Below are positions 13,918-28,169 of a stretch of DNA of 64,000 nucleotides, one piece after another. The stretch is from Octopus sinensis. Its lineage: Eukaryota. The DNA is taken from assembly GCF_006345805.1 (NCBI RefSeq), contig NC_042997.1:125488001-125552000 (forward strand), in the 5' to 3' direction. A program made the position numbers and the translations under genes. How positions within the stretch are numbered: position 1 is the stretch's first letter; each line of letters opens with the position of its first letter. Below the pieces are notes generated by a model. The model made no database searches. It had not been told where the DNA came from and worked only from the letters and a program-made list of their open reading frames with translations.

Positions 13918-15197
13918 TATTTCTTTATTGGCCACACAGGGCTGAACACAAAGGAGACAAAATACAAAATAGGGTTTTTCTTTTTGGGAAGGAAAAAAAG
14001 GGTGGGGTAGAATTTCGATCAAAAAGGATCGTGGAACAAAATGGGTGGAATCCGATCAATAGGGATCGTGTATCACAGAAATGTCATGGTGTAAAATGGG
14101 AAACAGATTAGGTTTCTCTGTGGAAAGAAAAGCCTACAGAAAAGACCACGGTAACCGCAGGCAATGTCATGCAAAAAGCATATTATAGTAAGTGACTCTC
14201 TTTTTTTTTCTTTTTTTTCTTGTTCATAGGATCATGCTCAAGGTGGCTCCGTCATTCCCTCGTGCCATCCTTGCTACATTCACTCATATTTTTTTGAAAC
14301 ATTAACTAAACAAAACTTCCATATCTGCTCTCACCTTCCCCTTCAAGCGATACTTGAAGAAGTTGATGAGAGATTCACCTGAGAGGAAAGTGTTTGTCTC
14401 TAGAACTTTCAGACACATCCACCATACACATTCTTTCACCATAGCCACAAGTACGATGAAAATGGCTCTTCCTTCCCATTTCAGGGAAGCGCGACAATAT
14501 TCATGATAGACTCAGTTGATAAACTGACTCGTCCCATACTCGATAGCAGTCGTTCGACATAAGCCCACAGGTCGGAAATGGTTGAACACTGTACGAGTGC
14601 GTGCAGAACGGTTTTGTCGCTCTGAACGCATCTCGGGTAGGTCGGCCCCGTCTTTCTCGAGCCATGCTTATAGAGCTTATCCCGAACGGGTGGCGCTTCT
14701 CGAGAGCACTGCCAGGCCAGGGATTTCTGGAAGTTGTCCATAGGTCCCGTCCCGAAATTCGTCTTGAACAGGCGGGTCAGGTATTCCTCATCGACGCCCA
14801 GGTTCACTCCGAGATCGTTGTCGTATCTCGCCCCCATTAATCCCCAATAGAATGCTTTGGTTGTGCTGCAGTCGCCGAAGGTCGACCCGGGACGGCAGAC
14901 TTGGTCGAGAGCAGCGCGACACACGCAGTGCCATTCGTCCTTTTTCGGCCTCATTTTGATCCACAACTGCAGTTTGGTCATGGAGACGAGTTGTGGGAAA
15001 GTGCTTCTCACAAACGGCGACCACATCTATTCGCCGTCGTCTATGTAGAGTCGGAGATGTCGCAGTCTCAGCGCGTGTCTGCGCATCATCAGCCACGGCA
15101 TGTCCAGCCGACCATTGGAAATCATCCTTTCCACAAAAAGCGGAAGAGAATGCGTTCTAGTTTGGTGATGGTCGGGTCGGGATAAGGCACGACGGTC
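13918..15197 (-). mobile_element. 5'-truncated L1/Tx1-like LINE 3' portion
   Basis: LERILFRFLWKG, PVRDKLY and zinc-finger-like PRCVQSDKTVLHALVQC; 3'UTR ends aataaagaaata; (GATA)n on both sides. Confidence 0.75.
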
Positions 15198-15722
<525 letters not shown>

Positions 15723-15725
15723 TTA

Positions 15726-15770
<45 letters not shown>

Positions 15771-16307
15771 CAGACAGACACGTATGTAATGCATGTATGT
15801 ATGTATGTATGCATTTACGTATGTATGTATGTATGTATGTATGTATGTATGTATGTATGTATGTATGTATGTATGCATGCATGCATAACCATACGACATT
15901 TTCGACGGTAATCGTCATCTCAATTTATCTGTCCAACACTAATAGTGAAAATAGCTTCTCACCTCCTTTCCCGCCTAACCGTGTATAGCCGGCCGCCATA
16001 TCATAGTCATTTGTTTGTTTTGTAATGAATGTTTTACCCCCCTCACAGTAACCCTACTAGTAATTCGAAGAGTGAAAAGATATTTCATAGCTCTCATTCA
16101 TCAAATATATTTCCTCCGGGGTTTTTATACTGTTTACGTTTCCCAGATATTTACAAGTCTATTTAGATTTCGATGAAAACAAAACTGTAATAAGATAGAG
16201 GATAGGGCGGAGGCTGAAGAGGAGATATAAACTTGATTGAGAAAAGAAAGGCAGACAGACATACAGCGATCAGCGTAGAGTCGGGTACGGAGAGATAGAG
16301 AGACGTT

Positions 16308-16347
<40 letters not shown>

Positions 16348-16482
16348 TGTGTTTGTGTGTTTGCGTGTGTGCGTGTGTGCGTGTGCGTGTGAGTGTGCAT
16401 GTGTCTGCGCGTATATATATAAAAATATGTGAGTGTATCTGTGTGAGTATATATATATATATATATATGTATGTGTATATAT

Positions 16483-16533
<51 letters not shown>

Positions 16534-16691
16534 ATATATATATATGAACGTATGTGTGTGCGTGTGTGTGTACGCGTGTGTGTGAGTGTGTCTGCGGGTA
16601 TACATATAAAAATATGTGTATATGTGTGTAAGTGTATATATATAAATATATATATATGAGCCTATCTATGTATCGATGTTTGCCTCTCTCG

Positions 16692-16755
<64 letters not shown>

Positions 16756-17866
16756 CTCTATTTTATAGGAAATAAAGATTGATTGATTGATTCTGAAGAC
16801 AAATTAAATATGTCAGCTCCTTTCTAAATTTAATCGGAATGGCGAACCGAAAGTAAGCAGACAGCGGTGGCAGGACGAACGGTGGGAGATGAAACTTGTG
16901 TGACACATAGGTGGAGCTGCAGTATTTAATTACATATTGCTTCTCCTATTACTTTCATTACCAAGGAACTTGTTCCGGTGGGGGAAAGTTAACTTTCAAC
17001 AGTTAAAAACATTTTCGTGTCACTTTACTAAAGAACAACACCGAAAATCTTATGGATTGCTCTAAGATAAAACCGTACTTAATGTTTTTAATAAGCGTTT
17101 CATTGGCGCCGACTAAATTTTATTTAAGAAATGTTTGGTTTTCTTATTCGGTTTTGTTTCGGTTGTTTTCCTGTTATTTGTGTCTTTCATTTTTTCAGAT
17201 ATTTTATTATTCAACGGGAATATATTTCTGTCTTATTTTTCCTTTGTCCTTTTTTTTTCATCTCTCTGATTGTTTATTTTTCTATGATGCCGGAATAACT
17301 GCCACGCTGTTGTTTTGATGGTGCTCTCATTGCCGAATTCAGTGTACTTATACTGCGGTGCTTTTCAAGTAATTTTAAGCATACCCTGTCTAGCATTCCT
17401 AGAGTGTAAATTATGTTAATTTATTCCAAAGACAACCATAGAAACCATTTATAAACGACCAATTGAGAGGGAGATGATGAGAAAACTCCGCCTAAAATGT
17501 TCTCCGAGTGGGCGTAGTTCACAAACTCGTAAAAAATAATCTTTTTCAATCCGTTGCTAAGGATATCATTCATTCCATTAATGGATCAAACAGCTAATTT
17601 GAGAGAGTAAACATTTATCTGAATGTATATATTTGTGTGTGTGTGTGAGAGAGAGAGTGTGTGCGTGTGAGTGTGTGTGCGTGCGTGTGTATGTGTGTGT
17701 GTATTTGCATTCCTTTATATATGGGAAAACACCGGTTGGAGAACAGAAGTTACGGTGTCCTACCTTCTACATCAATATAATACCATTGTGTGTGGAGTAG
17801 CTTTGCTTATCAATATATATGCCTCTGTGTGCATATATGTACACACACACACACACACACACACAT

Positions 17867-17908
<42 letters not shown>

Positions 17909-18574
17909 TTATATGATGCATTGCATGTATGTTCAGATTTGTAAGCATAAATACATTCACACAGAGACAGACATACATATATCTACATGTATATCTACAT
18001 GCATATGTATTAGTCTATCTATTTCTATATGTGTGTGTGAATATATGACTGTATGTGTATGTTTGTATACTTATATACATATATGTATATGTATTTATGT
18101 ATCATGTTTGTATGTCTGTGTGTATGTATGTATGTATGTATGTATGCATGCATATACACAAGCTTATGTAATATAGACATACATATTTGATGTATTTGTA
18201 TTTGTGTGGAGATTGATTGATGGAGGGAGATAAATCCACAAATTTATAGACAGACAGACAGACAGACTGAAAGACAGATAGATAGATAGAGAGAGAGATA
18301 CATACACAATTACAGCAACATTTATAAATATATGCGTATGTATACATATATAGTGATACCCATATGTTTATCATTTATGTAATTAGTCTTGCTCAGTGGT
18401 AAAACTTAATGGCTGTCAGTCAAGTCATACCGATAAATTTCTTCTTTCACATGGTAAGCATCGACTCACTATCGAAAATTTCTGTCGTATGCGCTTCCTT
18501 CTTTCCCTTTTATATCTAGCACCACTTTGTCATGAGCTCTAATGATGAATAAAGTACATACCAATGTAAAGGGT

Positions 18575-19046
18575 AAAGGGTAAAGAGTGAAGACCCCCTT
18601 CGGTTATGAATGACCATGGGATTGCACCTAGAAAGCTCCCCTCCGAGGTATAAGTCCGGACAACGTTGTTTATCGAAGACAAGCAGTCACCCATGCTTAC
18701 CAGCCTCTTCTCCCGCACGCTACCAATGTTATCTAGGAGAAAATCAAAAGCTCCCCTCCGAGGTATAAGTCCGTACAACGTTGTTTATCGAAGACCAGCA
18801 GTCACCCATGCTTACCAGCCTCTTCTCCCGCACGCTACCAATGTTATCAAGGAGAAAATTAAAAAAACACCGGTACAGCTTGGCACCTGTGAAGTCGCAA
18901 CTCATTTATACAGCTGAGTGAACTGGAGGAACCTGAAATAAAGTATTTTGCTCAAGAACACAACACACAGCCCGATCCAGGAATCGAATTCAGTACTTCA
19001 TGGTTCAGAGCCCGACGGTCTAACCACTGAGTCATGCGCCTTCACT
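18575..19046 (-). mobile_element. tRNA-derived SINE (family C, CORE-like body) with ~113-bp internal duplication
   Basis: Minus head gtgaaggcgcatgactcagtggttag, B-box-like ttcgattcc, body tgtgttcttgagcaa...ccagttcactcagctg; gctcccctccgaggtataagtccg occurs twice. Confidence 0.8.
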
Positions 19047-19179
19047 GTCACACCCATGTGGAAAGACTAATACCCTACACCCTAGCCACGGGCGATAAAA
19101 ACATACATGCATACATGCATACAGAGATGATAATAACATTGATCACCAAAGCAGTCTATCATGGACCAACGACCAGATT

Positions 19180-20400
19180 ACAACCTTCCTCTCTACAATC
19201 CAGGAACAGGAAATATCAGCCAAATACCTGATGCACAAAAGGGAGAGACGTGTAAGAAGAGCAGTAAAATGTGACAACCGATGCAGACTTTGTGGAGTTA
19301 ACACCGAGGATATTACCCACATCATAAGCATTTGTCCGAAAAAGGCATCACAGTATATCTGCTGATGCGACATGACGTTGTAGGTAGGACGCTGTATAAT
19401 GAGGTCCGTCGAAAGGATAACTCCGAGGACAAAGAAATAAGAACCCACTGTATGGTAGAAGCCATAGCCACTCATAATAAAAAGGAGTACTGGTGGAATG
19501 TCCCAGTGAAGACCTCAATAAAATGTAAACACAGTAGACCTGATATAGTGATTTGTGATAGAAAAGAGAAACTGTGCATAGTCGTGGAAAGTAGTTGCCC
19601 AGCGGATATTAACATAAAGCTCAAGATCAGTGAAAAGGAGAAAACCTACGCTGAATTATTGAGAGATGTGTAGTTTCTCTATCCAGATTACAAGTTCAGG
19701 TTTATACCTGTAATTATCGGGACACTGCCATATGTAATACACTGCCTAAATACCAATCTTGAAAAATTAGGCTTCTCAAAACCAGAAGGGAGAAAGTTAA
19801 TTCGAAAACTACAAATCCAAGCCGTCACTGGAATGGTAAAACCTGTAAAACTTTCCAGAAGCTTATCATTTAAGTATATAGAAGCATGTCTAGTTATGCT
19901 AGTATATGAACGAGAATACAAGAATACATACATGATACTAAGCATACAAATCTGCACATATGCATAAATACCCTGTTACTATATTATTTACATTCGACGG
20001 ATATTTGTCCTGATCCTGTTTATTGTTAACACAACGTTTCGGCTTCTCCAGGTGTCTTTGTGAAATTTCGAACCTGAGTTCTCATTCCTAAGGTATTTTT
20101 CGATGTTGTTGTTGTTGTTGTTGTTCAGGTCACTGCTTGGAATCAAACTGGGAATTTCCCCAAGACACCTGAAGAAGGCCGGAGAGTATATCAGTTGAAA
20201 TGTGTTAACAACAAAGAAGATGAGGACAAATATTCGTCGAATATAAATAATGTAAAAAATGTACATAATTCCTCATCTCTTAAATATAGAACTGTAATAT
20301 CCTGTTGCCGATATTGAAATTCCAGTGAAGTAGCCTTGAATTTAGGTGAGAAACCGGCCCTTTCTCTATTGGCAAGAAATCTTGTAATAGAACTGAACAA
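19180..20400 (+). mobile_element. R4/Dong-like LINE 3' portion, 3'UTR interrupted by an inverted HHR element
   Basis: IQEQEISAKYLMHKR, CRLC...DITHIISIC, MRHDVVG, HSRPDIV, EKEKTYAEL; same family as 10555-12990. Confidence 0.85.
19980..20300. mobile_element. Inverted-repeat element with degenerate minimal HHR in each arm
   Basis: Arms ~19980-20069 and ~20151-20254; + arm gacac-CTGAAGA-...-GAAA-tgtgtt; - arm gacac-CTGGAGA-agcc-GAAA-cg-TT-gtgtt. Confidence 0.65.
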
Positions 20401-20409
20401 TTACATACA

Positions 20410-21150
20410 TATATATCCGGATTACAAATTTACATTTATACCAATAATAATTGACGCATTTGGTTTTGTAAGTAAATGGCTAACAGTCAGACTGGATAAG
20501 TTTAGATTTTCAGAAAAAGAAATCAATCGATTCGCACATTACAAATACAATCTGTAAGCGGAAGAGTAAAAATATGCAAGACTTTTCTTAGATTTAAAGT
20601 GCGACATTATTTTGTTATCTATATTCCAAAGATGGAGTGTTGTATCTTTGTTACAAACCAGCTCCTTTAGAGGAAGAATTTAAATGATTATATACAGATA
20701 TGTAACACACTGCCTAAATACCAGTCTTGAGAAATTAGGCTTCTCAAAATCAGAAAGGAGAAAGCTAATTCGAAGGCTACAGATCCAATCTATATCTGGA
20801 ACTGTAAAAATCTGTAAAACTTTTCCAAAAATCAAAGAGAAACGTGGTTAACTACAGACAACGACTTCGAAGCATTCACCTTGTGTATCCAGATTATAAA
20901 TTCGTATTTATACAAATAATATTTTTTGCTCTTGGTTTTGTTAGCTATTGTTTTCAGAAAAAAGAAATCTAGAAACTAACATGCATATTATGAATGCAAC
21001 CAGTAAGTGGAACAGTAAATATATTCAAGACTTTTTCAAGTTCAAAATGTTAACTTGTTTTGTTATCTGCATTCCAACGATGGAGCTTTGTATCTTTGTT
21101 AGATACTAGCTCTTTTTTACAGGAATACTTTAAATAATTGCAAATAGAAG
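20410..21150 (+). mobile_element. Three stacked short 3'-end fragments of R4-like LINE
   Basis: Repeated tatccagattacaaatt...gtaaaaat...aagactttt and 3'UTR gatggag...gtatctttgtta similar to 19680-19870. Confidence 0.7.
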
Positions 21151-21153
21151 AGA

Positions 21154-21250
<97 letters not shown>

Positions 21251-22606
21251 CATAATACATACATACATACATACAATGGAGGGGCTTTGTTTCTGAGTTA
21301 GAAACCATCCATTTCTCCTGTTAGAAATTCGATAAACGTAACCAAAACATCCATCCGGCCAGTCAGCTGTTCAAGAATTTGGACCTGGAGATCACCATTT
21401 CGAGCGACTTCGAGACCCATCTCCCAGTGGTGTCAGGCGTCAACGAAGAGCCCTCGACTACAACAAGACGACCAAAGTTATTTTTTCCAAAGTCTGGGGT
21501 CTCCGCCCCTAAGCCCTAGACCATCACCTAATCACCCTTACCCGTCTTGTTACTAAACAACAACAACAACAACAACAAAATCCGGCCAGCCAGTCATGCA
21601 GACAGAAATACGTGCATAAATGCATACATACATATATACACTCATAAAAATATACATACATGCTCTGATACACTTCCACAGTATAAAAGGGAAGTGTGAC
21701 AAGTTTAAATTCAAGAAATCAGAGCACGGGATAAATATATCTAATTTTCTTCGTGTCCTTTCATCACATGAACTATGAAGATCTAGAAATTTCTTTTTAC
21801 TGAAAAATCTTAACTAGATTTTGTTACAGTTCAACAATTTTGTGATTCGATGAACAAATGTATAAAATACAAGCCAAAACTTTTGTTAAGGACTCAGCAG
21901 GTTCATTTTATGTCTAAAATGGTTTTATTTATTTTATTTCTTCTTGTATTTATTTTGGTTTTATTTTATTTGTTTAGTGTTACTTTGTGTTTTGTTGTGT
22001 TCTTTTAGAAATATCATCCTATAAAACAATTAGTACATGTTATTAACATTTTCCTGATTGATATTTGTTGGGGCTTTTTTTACTTCCTTTGATCCGGATA
22101 TTAGGCGAGTGTTGTTTCTTTTTTATCTGACATTCACGTGCTGTGATATTTACTGATTAACGGTGACTGTAAAAAAAAATATAAACCAATTTGTCATCGA
22201 AATTTTTACTTTAATTTCGTTTATTTACTTATTAATTCATTTATTTATTTATACATTTTTCGAGTGATATCAGTCACGCAAACCTAGTTTATGCTTTGTT
22301 GTACTAAAATGTTTCATTCTTATATTTTTATGAAGAACGTAGTGTATTGATAGAGAAAAGGAAGAGAAGATGTACTGTACGCTTACATATATAATACAGT
22401 CAAACATACACTTAAGGAATAGTTCGAGTGAAAAACTCTTGATCAGTGATGTTTCGAAACCTACCTGCTTTTTTACTTCTAGAAAAAAAATAAAAGTAAT
22501 TTGGTGCAGTTTATACATAAAGTTAGAAGGATATCTAAGACAGACACACACTGTATGTGTGTTTTAAACAGATAGGCAGTGTGTATAGGTTTCGACAGAA
22601 ACTAGA

Positions 22607-23019
22607 CGGCGAGCTAGCAGAAACGGTAGCACGCCGGGCGAAATACTAAGCGGTATTTAGTCTGCCGCTACGTTCTGAGTTCCAATTCCGCCGAGGTCAA
22701 CTTTGCCTTTCATCCTTTCGGGGTCGATAAATTAAGTACCAGTTACGCACTGGGGTCGATGTAATTGACTTAATCCGTTTGTCTGTCCTTGTTCGTCCCC
22801 TCTGTGTTTAGCCCCTTGTGGGTAGTAAAGAAATAGGTATTTCGTCTGCCGCTACGTTCTGAGTTCAAATTCCGCCGAGGTCGACTTTGCCTTTCATCCT
22901 TTCGGGGTCGATTAAATAAGTACCAGTTACGCACTGGGGTCGATATAATCGACTTAATCTGTTTGTCTGTCTTTGTTTGTCCCCTCTGTGTGTAGTCCCT
23001 TGTGGGCAGTAAAGAAATA
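22607..23019 (+). mobile_element. SINE family B dimer with 10-bp TSD
   Basis: agaaactaga at 22597-22606 and 23020-23029; two core+tail units. Confidence 0.9.
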
Positions 23020-23324
23020 AGAAACTAGAGAAATACACAATGTGCAGATGTTAGCCGGATGGATAGCAAGTGTTTGCATTTTGAGTAGGTAGACAAACAC
23101 AGCGAATGGCTGTTAACTGGGTAGATAGATATAATGTGAGGATGTTTGTTGAATAGACACAATCTGGATGTTGGATGGATAAATAGACTCTATGTGTAGA
23201 TGTTGACTGGATAGAGAGACTTATTGTAATGTTGTGAACCTAATAGACTGAGCAATTTATACATTTTTAATGTAGTCATAGACGCAGCGCATAAATGTTG
23301 AGTGGATAAAGGTTGTGTGTAGAT

Positions 23325-23545
23325 ATTGATTTCAAATTTTGGCACAAGGCCAGTAATTTCGGGTGGGGGGGAGTAAATCGATTATATTGAACCCAGGGCT
23401 CAACTGGTACTTATTTTATCGTCCCTGATAGGATGAAAGGCACAGTCGGCCTCGGTGACATTTGAACTCGGAATGTAAAGACGGATGAAATGCCGCCATG
23501 CATTTCGGCCGGCGTGCTAATGATTCCCGCCAGCTCGATGCCTTA
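23325..23545 (-). mobile_element. SINE family B monomer, older, alternative tail
   Basis: Core matches; tail ggccttgtgccaaaatttgaaatcaat. Confidence 0.8.
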
Positions 23546-23977
23546 GACAGTGTCTACATATTGAATATATACGCACATAGCCAATATGTGAATAGGACAA
23601 AGAGGAAAGTAACTAGATGCTGATCGGATAGAGGGACACGTGTTGATATTCATTATTTAGATAGTGCGTATATGTTGACTGGACAGACACTGTGTGTATA
23701 TCTTCACTGGATTTATAGACTCAGTGTGTGTGTATATGAAGACAGGATAGATAGGCACATAATGTATATGTTAATTGGAAACGTAGACACATTTTATAGA
23801 TGCTGACAGTATAGTAAGACGTGTGTAGATATAGACTTAGTAGTAATTGGATATGTAGACGGGCTTTGAACAAACAGATATAATGTCCAAATAACTATTG
23901 GATTTATAGTTAGATCGATGAATATTGTGTACAGATGGCCAGTGGATAGCCTCGGGATTTACATGTAGACCTAAGAG

Positions 23978-24073
<96 letters not shown>

Positions 24074-24108
24074 ATATATGTATGTATGTATGTATATATA
24101 TATGTATA

Positions 24109-24219
<111 letters not shown>

Positions 24220-24380
24220 AGTAGAAGAAGTTGCGAGTTAAGATATTTGTTTCCAACCACATGGTTTTGGTTTTGGTTCTGTCCCACTGTCGTATATAAA
24301 CTCGTTAGAGTTTTTAACTGTAAAATATATGCATACACAAACGCGCACGTGCGCATGCACACACACTCACACACACACAT

Positions 24381-24416
<36 letters not shown>

Positions 24417-24530
24417 ATGTCATTATGTTTCGGGTTCCGTCCCAATCCACGGCATCTTGGCCGGCTCGAGGCCGACCAGTACATTGTAAGCAATGAATCT
24501 GGTAACGGTGACCGTGTGTACGCCCGTTGT

Positions 24531-24570
<40 letters not shown>

Positions 24571-24575
24571 GTGTG

Positions 24576-24646
<71 letters not shown>

Positions 24647-25348
24647 TGATTGATAGATAGATAGATGATAGATAGATAGATAGATAGATAGATAGAAGTA
24701 TGTGTACCTACGTGCTTATCCCCACCATCATTTGACGACCGGTGCTGGTTTGTTTACGTCACCACTTAGCGGTTCGGCAAAAGAACCCGATAGAATGAAT
24801 ACCAGACTTTAAAAAAAAAATAAACACTGGCCTCGATTTTTTTTTTTTTTTTTACTAAACTTTCCAAACTGCCGCAGTCCAACGAATGAAAACGTAAAAG
24901 ATAAAAAGATAAAGACATAAAGTGTCCAGACCATTTATCACATTGTATTTACGCTGATGTAAATATTAAAGCATTTAGCATAAAGTTAATTGTCTGCGAA
25001 ATATTAATCGTATTAACAATAACTCCTCTCAGACAACTGGACGTTTTACTGTTTGTTAAATTGATTTTGTTTGATTTGTTTTTAATCGTGAGATTTACGA
25101 CCGGACATTAATCATTAGTTTGTTGTGTCATTAGTCCGTTGAATCAGTAGGGTATTTTGATGGTAACACGTGTCATTAGAGCCCCTTGTCATTAGAGAGG
25201 TGTTTGTTAGTTCAACGTGTGTAACTTGTCTATATTGCGATTTGATTGTTCTGCTGTAACACTGCCGGTTCGTTAGAGTTTTAGCTGTATAATAGAACGA
25301 TGCGGTTGAAGTCAGGTTTGAAGAGTTGTGGCTTAATACTTGCGAGTA

Positions 25349-25915
25349 TTGGCTTGTCCGGAAAGTTCGTACCGATTTTTTAAGGCAAGTAAAAGGTCAC
25401 TAAATACATGTCATTACATTTTCAATCAACCAAATAGGAAACATTTTGTTGCACAATGCGTGCCCATCTTTCCTTTAACTTGAAAATACCTTCTTCCCAG
25501 AATTGAGGTGGCTTCAGGGCAAAGAACTCATCAAGGTATGTTTTTTACATCATCCAAGGAATTGAAATTTTTACCATTAAGACTATTCTGCAGAGACCTG
25601 AATAAGTGGAAATCCGAAGGAGCAATATCTGGTGAATACGGAGGGTGGGGTAACACATCCCAGCCGAGCTGCAACAATTTTTGTCTGGTTCCCAAAGCAT
25701 CAAGTGCCAAAAATGAACTTTCTTATCTTCCATTTTAAAGGGTTACAGAATTAACACAGGTTATAGGAACATAAACATTCTTCCACGAAAAGATAGCTTA
25801 AACTGTGCTTTAAATGGAGGTGTAGTCAAATCCTATTTTATGGACTCAACCATGTTCTAAAATAAGTCGAAAGGTAAGCTGCTATAAATCGGCACGAACT
25901 TTCCGGACAACCCAA
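25349..25915 (-). mobile_element. Internally deleted mariner (DD34D-type) transposon
   Basis: ~30-bp TIRs ttggcttgtccggaaagttcgtaccgattt / aaatcggcacgaactttccggacaacccaa, TA on both sides; N-terminal MEDKKVHF joined to GWDVLPHPPYSPDIAPSDFHLF. Confidence 0.9.
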
Positions 25916-26294
25916 TAAAGTGTGGACTGAAAGGATTTCTAAGGGATTGTAATTTTGGAAGCGAAGAACTGGGTAAATGTCTTTACGTGAGTGAGACTTA
26001 GTGACTGTAACAAGACAAGAAAAAATTAGGCATGGTGGCCTTGGTGGTGGGATAAGACAAGCTGAGATAATCAGAGATCGTGGAAATATAGACAGATTAT
26101 GGAGAGAAGAAACAGGAGTAAATAATAGCCTTTTGTATAGCCTTTTGGACGTGATCCAGACTGTTTGTGTGGCAGCAGTATCACTGTTCGATACACAGTA
26201 ATTCAGTACCAGCATCACCACATCATATACGTGAGCATCATTTCAATTTTACAATTCAATAATTACTGAATGGTACTTCAGTGTGAGTACTATC

Positions 26295-26450
26295 TGTGTG
26301 GTAAGTAGCTTGCTTACCAACCACATCGTTCCGGGTTCAGTCCCACTGCGTGATACCTTGGACAAGTGTCTTCTGCTATAGCCTCGGGCCGACCAAAGCC
26401 TTGTGAGTGGATTTGGTACACGGAAACTGAAAGAAGCCCGTCGCATTTAT
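26295..26450 (+). mobile_element. SINE A 5' half
   Basis: Head through gaagcccgtcg. Confidence 0.85.
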
Positions 26451-26492
26451 GTATATATATATATGTATATATATATGTGTGTATATATATAT

Positions 26493-26867
26493 ACTCTTTT
26501 ACTCTTTTACTCTTTTACTTGTTTCAGTCATTTGACTGCGGCCATGCTGGAGCACCACCTTTTAGTACTTATTCTATCGGTCTCTTTTTGCCGAACCGCT
26601 AAGTGACGGGGACGTGAACACACCAGCATCGGTTGTCAAGCAATGCTAGGGGGACAAACACAGACACACAAACACACACACATATACATATATATACATA
26701 TATACGACAGGCTTCTTTCAGTTTCCGTCTACCAAATCCACTCACAAGGCATTGGTCGGCCCGGGGCTATAGCAGAAGACACTTGCCCAAGATGCCACGC
26801 AGTGGGACTGAACCCGCAACCGTGTGGTTGGTTAGCAAGCTACTTACCACACAGCCACTCCTGCGCC

Positions 26868-26870
<3 letters not shown>
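26493..26870 (-). mobile_element. SINE A near full length
   Basis: Family match, (tactcttt)n tail. Confidence 0.9.
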
Positions 26871-26903
<33 letters not shown>

Positions 26904-26941
26904 ATATTATATATATATATGTATGTATGCATATATATGTA

Positions 26942-26990
<49 letters not shown>

Positions 26991-27000
26991 TATATATATA

Positions 27001-27394
27001 CTAGCAGTATCGCACGGCGTTGCTCGGGTTTGTAAGGGAAATATTATACAAGCATTTTTAGAGATGTAAAGTATTATAGCCATCTCAATATGGCTAACCA
27101 CAAAGGGGGAGGGGTGTTACTGTAGCTTTTTACGTTCTGAGATTTAATAATAAATTTTAGAGAGTTACTTCCCTTATATATGTCAAAAATGGATTAAAAA
27201 TGGGAAAAATTGATGGTAAATTTTTTTTTTAATCGTAGACTCATCGTAGACGCGCGCTAATACCCAGACGACGGTCTCGATAATCACGACTATAAGATAC
27301 CCGGTTTTGGTTAAACTGCACCGCAAAATGTGGGAGTAGTTAGGAATCTAAATCGTAGGAGACAGACACACAACCTCACTTTTATATATAAAGA
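27001..27394 (-). mobile_element. Non-autonomous Helitron
   Basis: Minus strand A|TCtttatatataaaag ... cccgagcaacgccgtgcgatactgCTAG|T; no TSD. Confidence 0.85.
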
Positions 27395-27489
27395 TTTCCT
27401 CTATTTACATAATATTGAGGTCTCTTTCTTCTTGTTATCTTACTGTTTTTACCAATATACATATATATATATATATAATATATATATAG

Positions 27490-27810
27490 TTACAGAGATG
27501 TACTTGCATAGCAAGTGACTTGATCTGAGATCGTGTGCTGGAACGAAAACAGTTGCAGCGTTGAAGGTGTTATAAGCCATTTAAGAAACACACAAAAACC
27601 GTTAGATTCACTTCAACATTTAAATTTAATTGTCAAAATATTTTCATCGCTTTGAGACCGCGACCTGTTAGCACGATATTTTTGTCAGTGAACAGGTCGC
27701 GGTCTCAAAGCGACGAAAATATTTTGGCAAATTAAATTTAAATGTTGAAGTAAATGTAACTGTTTTTGTGTGTTTCTTAAATGGCTTACAAACACCTTCC
27801 ACGCTGCAAT
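27490..27810. mobile_element. Long palindromic element (~120-bp arms) containing HHR-like fold
   Basis: Arms ~27552-27669 and 27691-27809, ~21-nt spacer, TA tracts on both sides. Confidence 0.8.
27681..27731 (+). ncRNA. Candidate minimal type I HHR with G3/C8 core variant
   Basis: tttgtca-GTGAACA-g-gtcgc(ggtctcaaa)gcgac-GAAA-atat-TT-tggcaaa. Confidence 0.5.
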
Positions 27811-28169
27811 ATATATATACACACATATATATATATGTATGTATGTATGTATGTGTGTATATGTGTATGCATGTATGTGTGTGTGTGTGCGTGTCTGTGC
27901 TTGTGATTGTCCTCCACCACTGCTTGACAACGAATGTTGGTTTGTTTACATCCCTGTCACCTAGTGGTTTGACAAAGGAAACAGATAAAATACGTACAAT
28001 GCTTACAAAAATAAAACGAGTTGATTCATTAAACTACAATTTTTCAAGGCATTGCCCCAGCATGGCCACAGACCAATGGCTGGAAAAAGCAGAAGAATAA
28101 AAGAATACATTCTCTGCTTTGGTCTTATGTTCAAGGCATGAGAAAGCTTGAGTTTACATGAGAAGGCCT

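Larger units (their letters stand above)
22520..23970 (+). repeat. Degenerate ~30-bp minisatellite interrupted by two SINE B copies
   Basis: Recurrent tgtgtagatgttgactggatagatagacac-like units. Confidence 0.65.
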
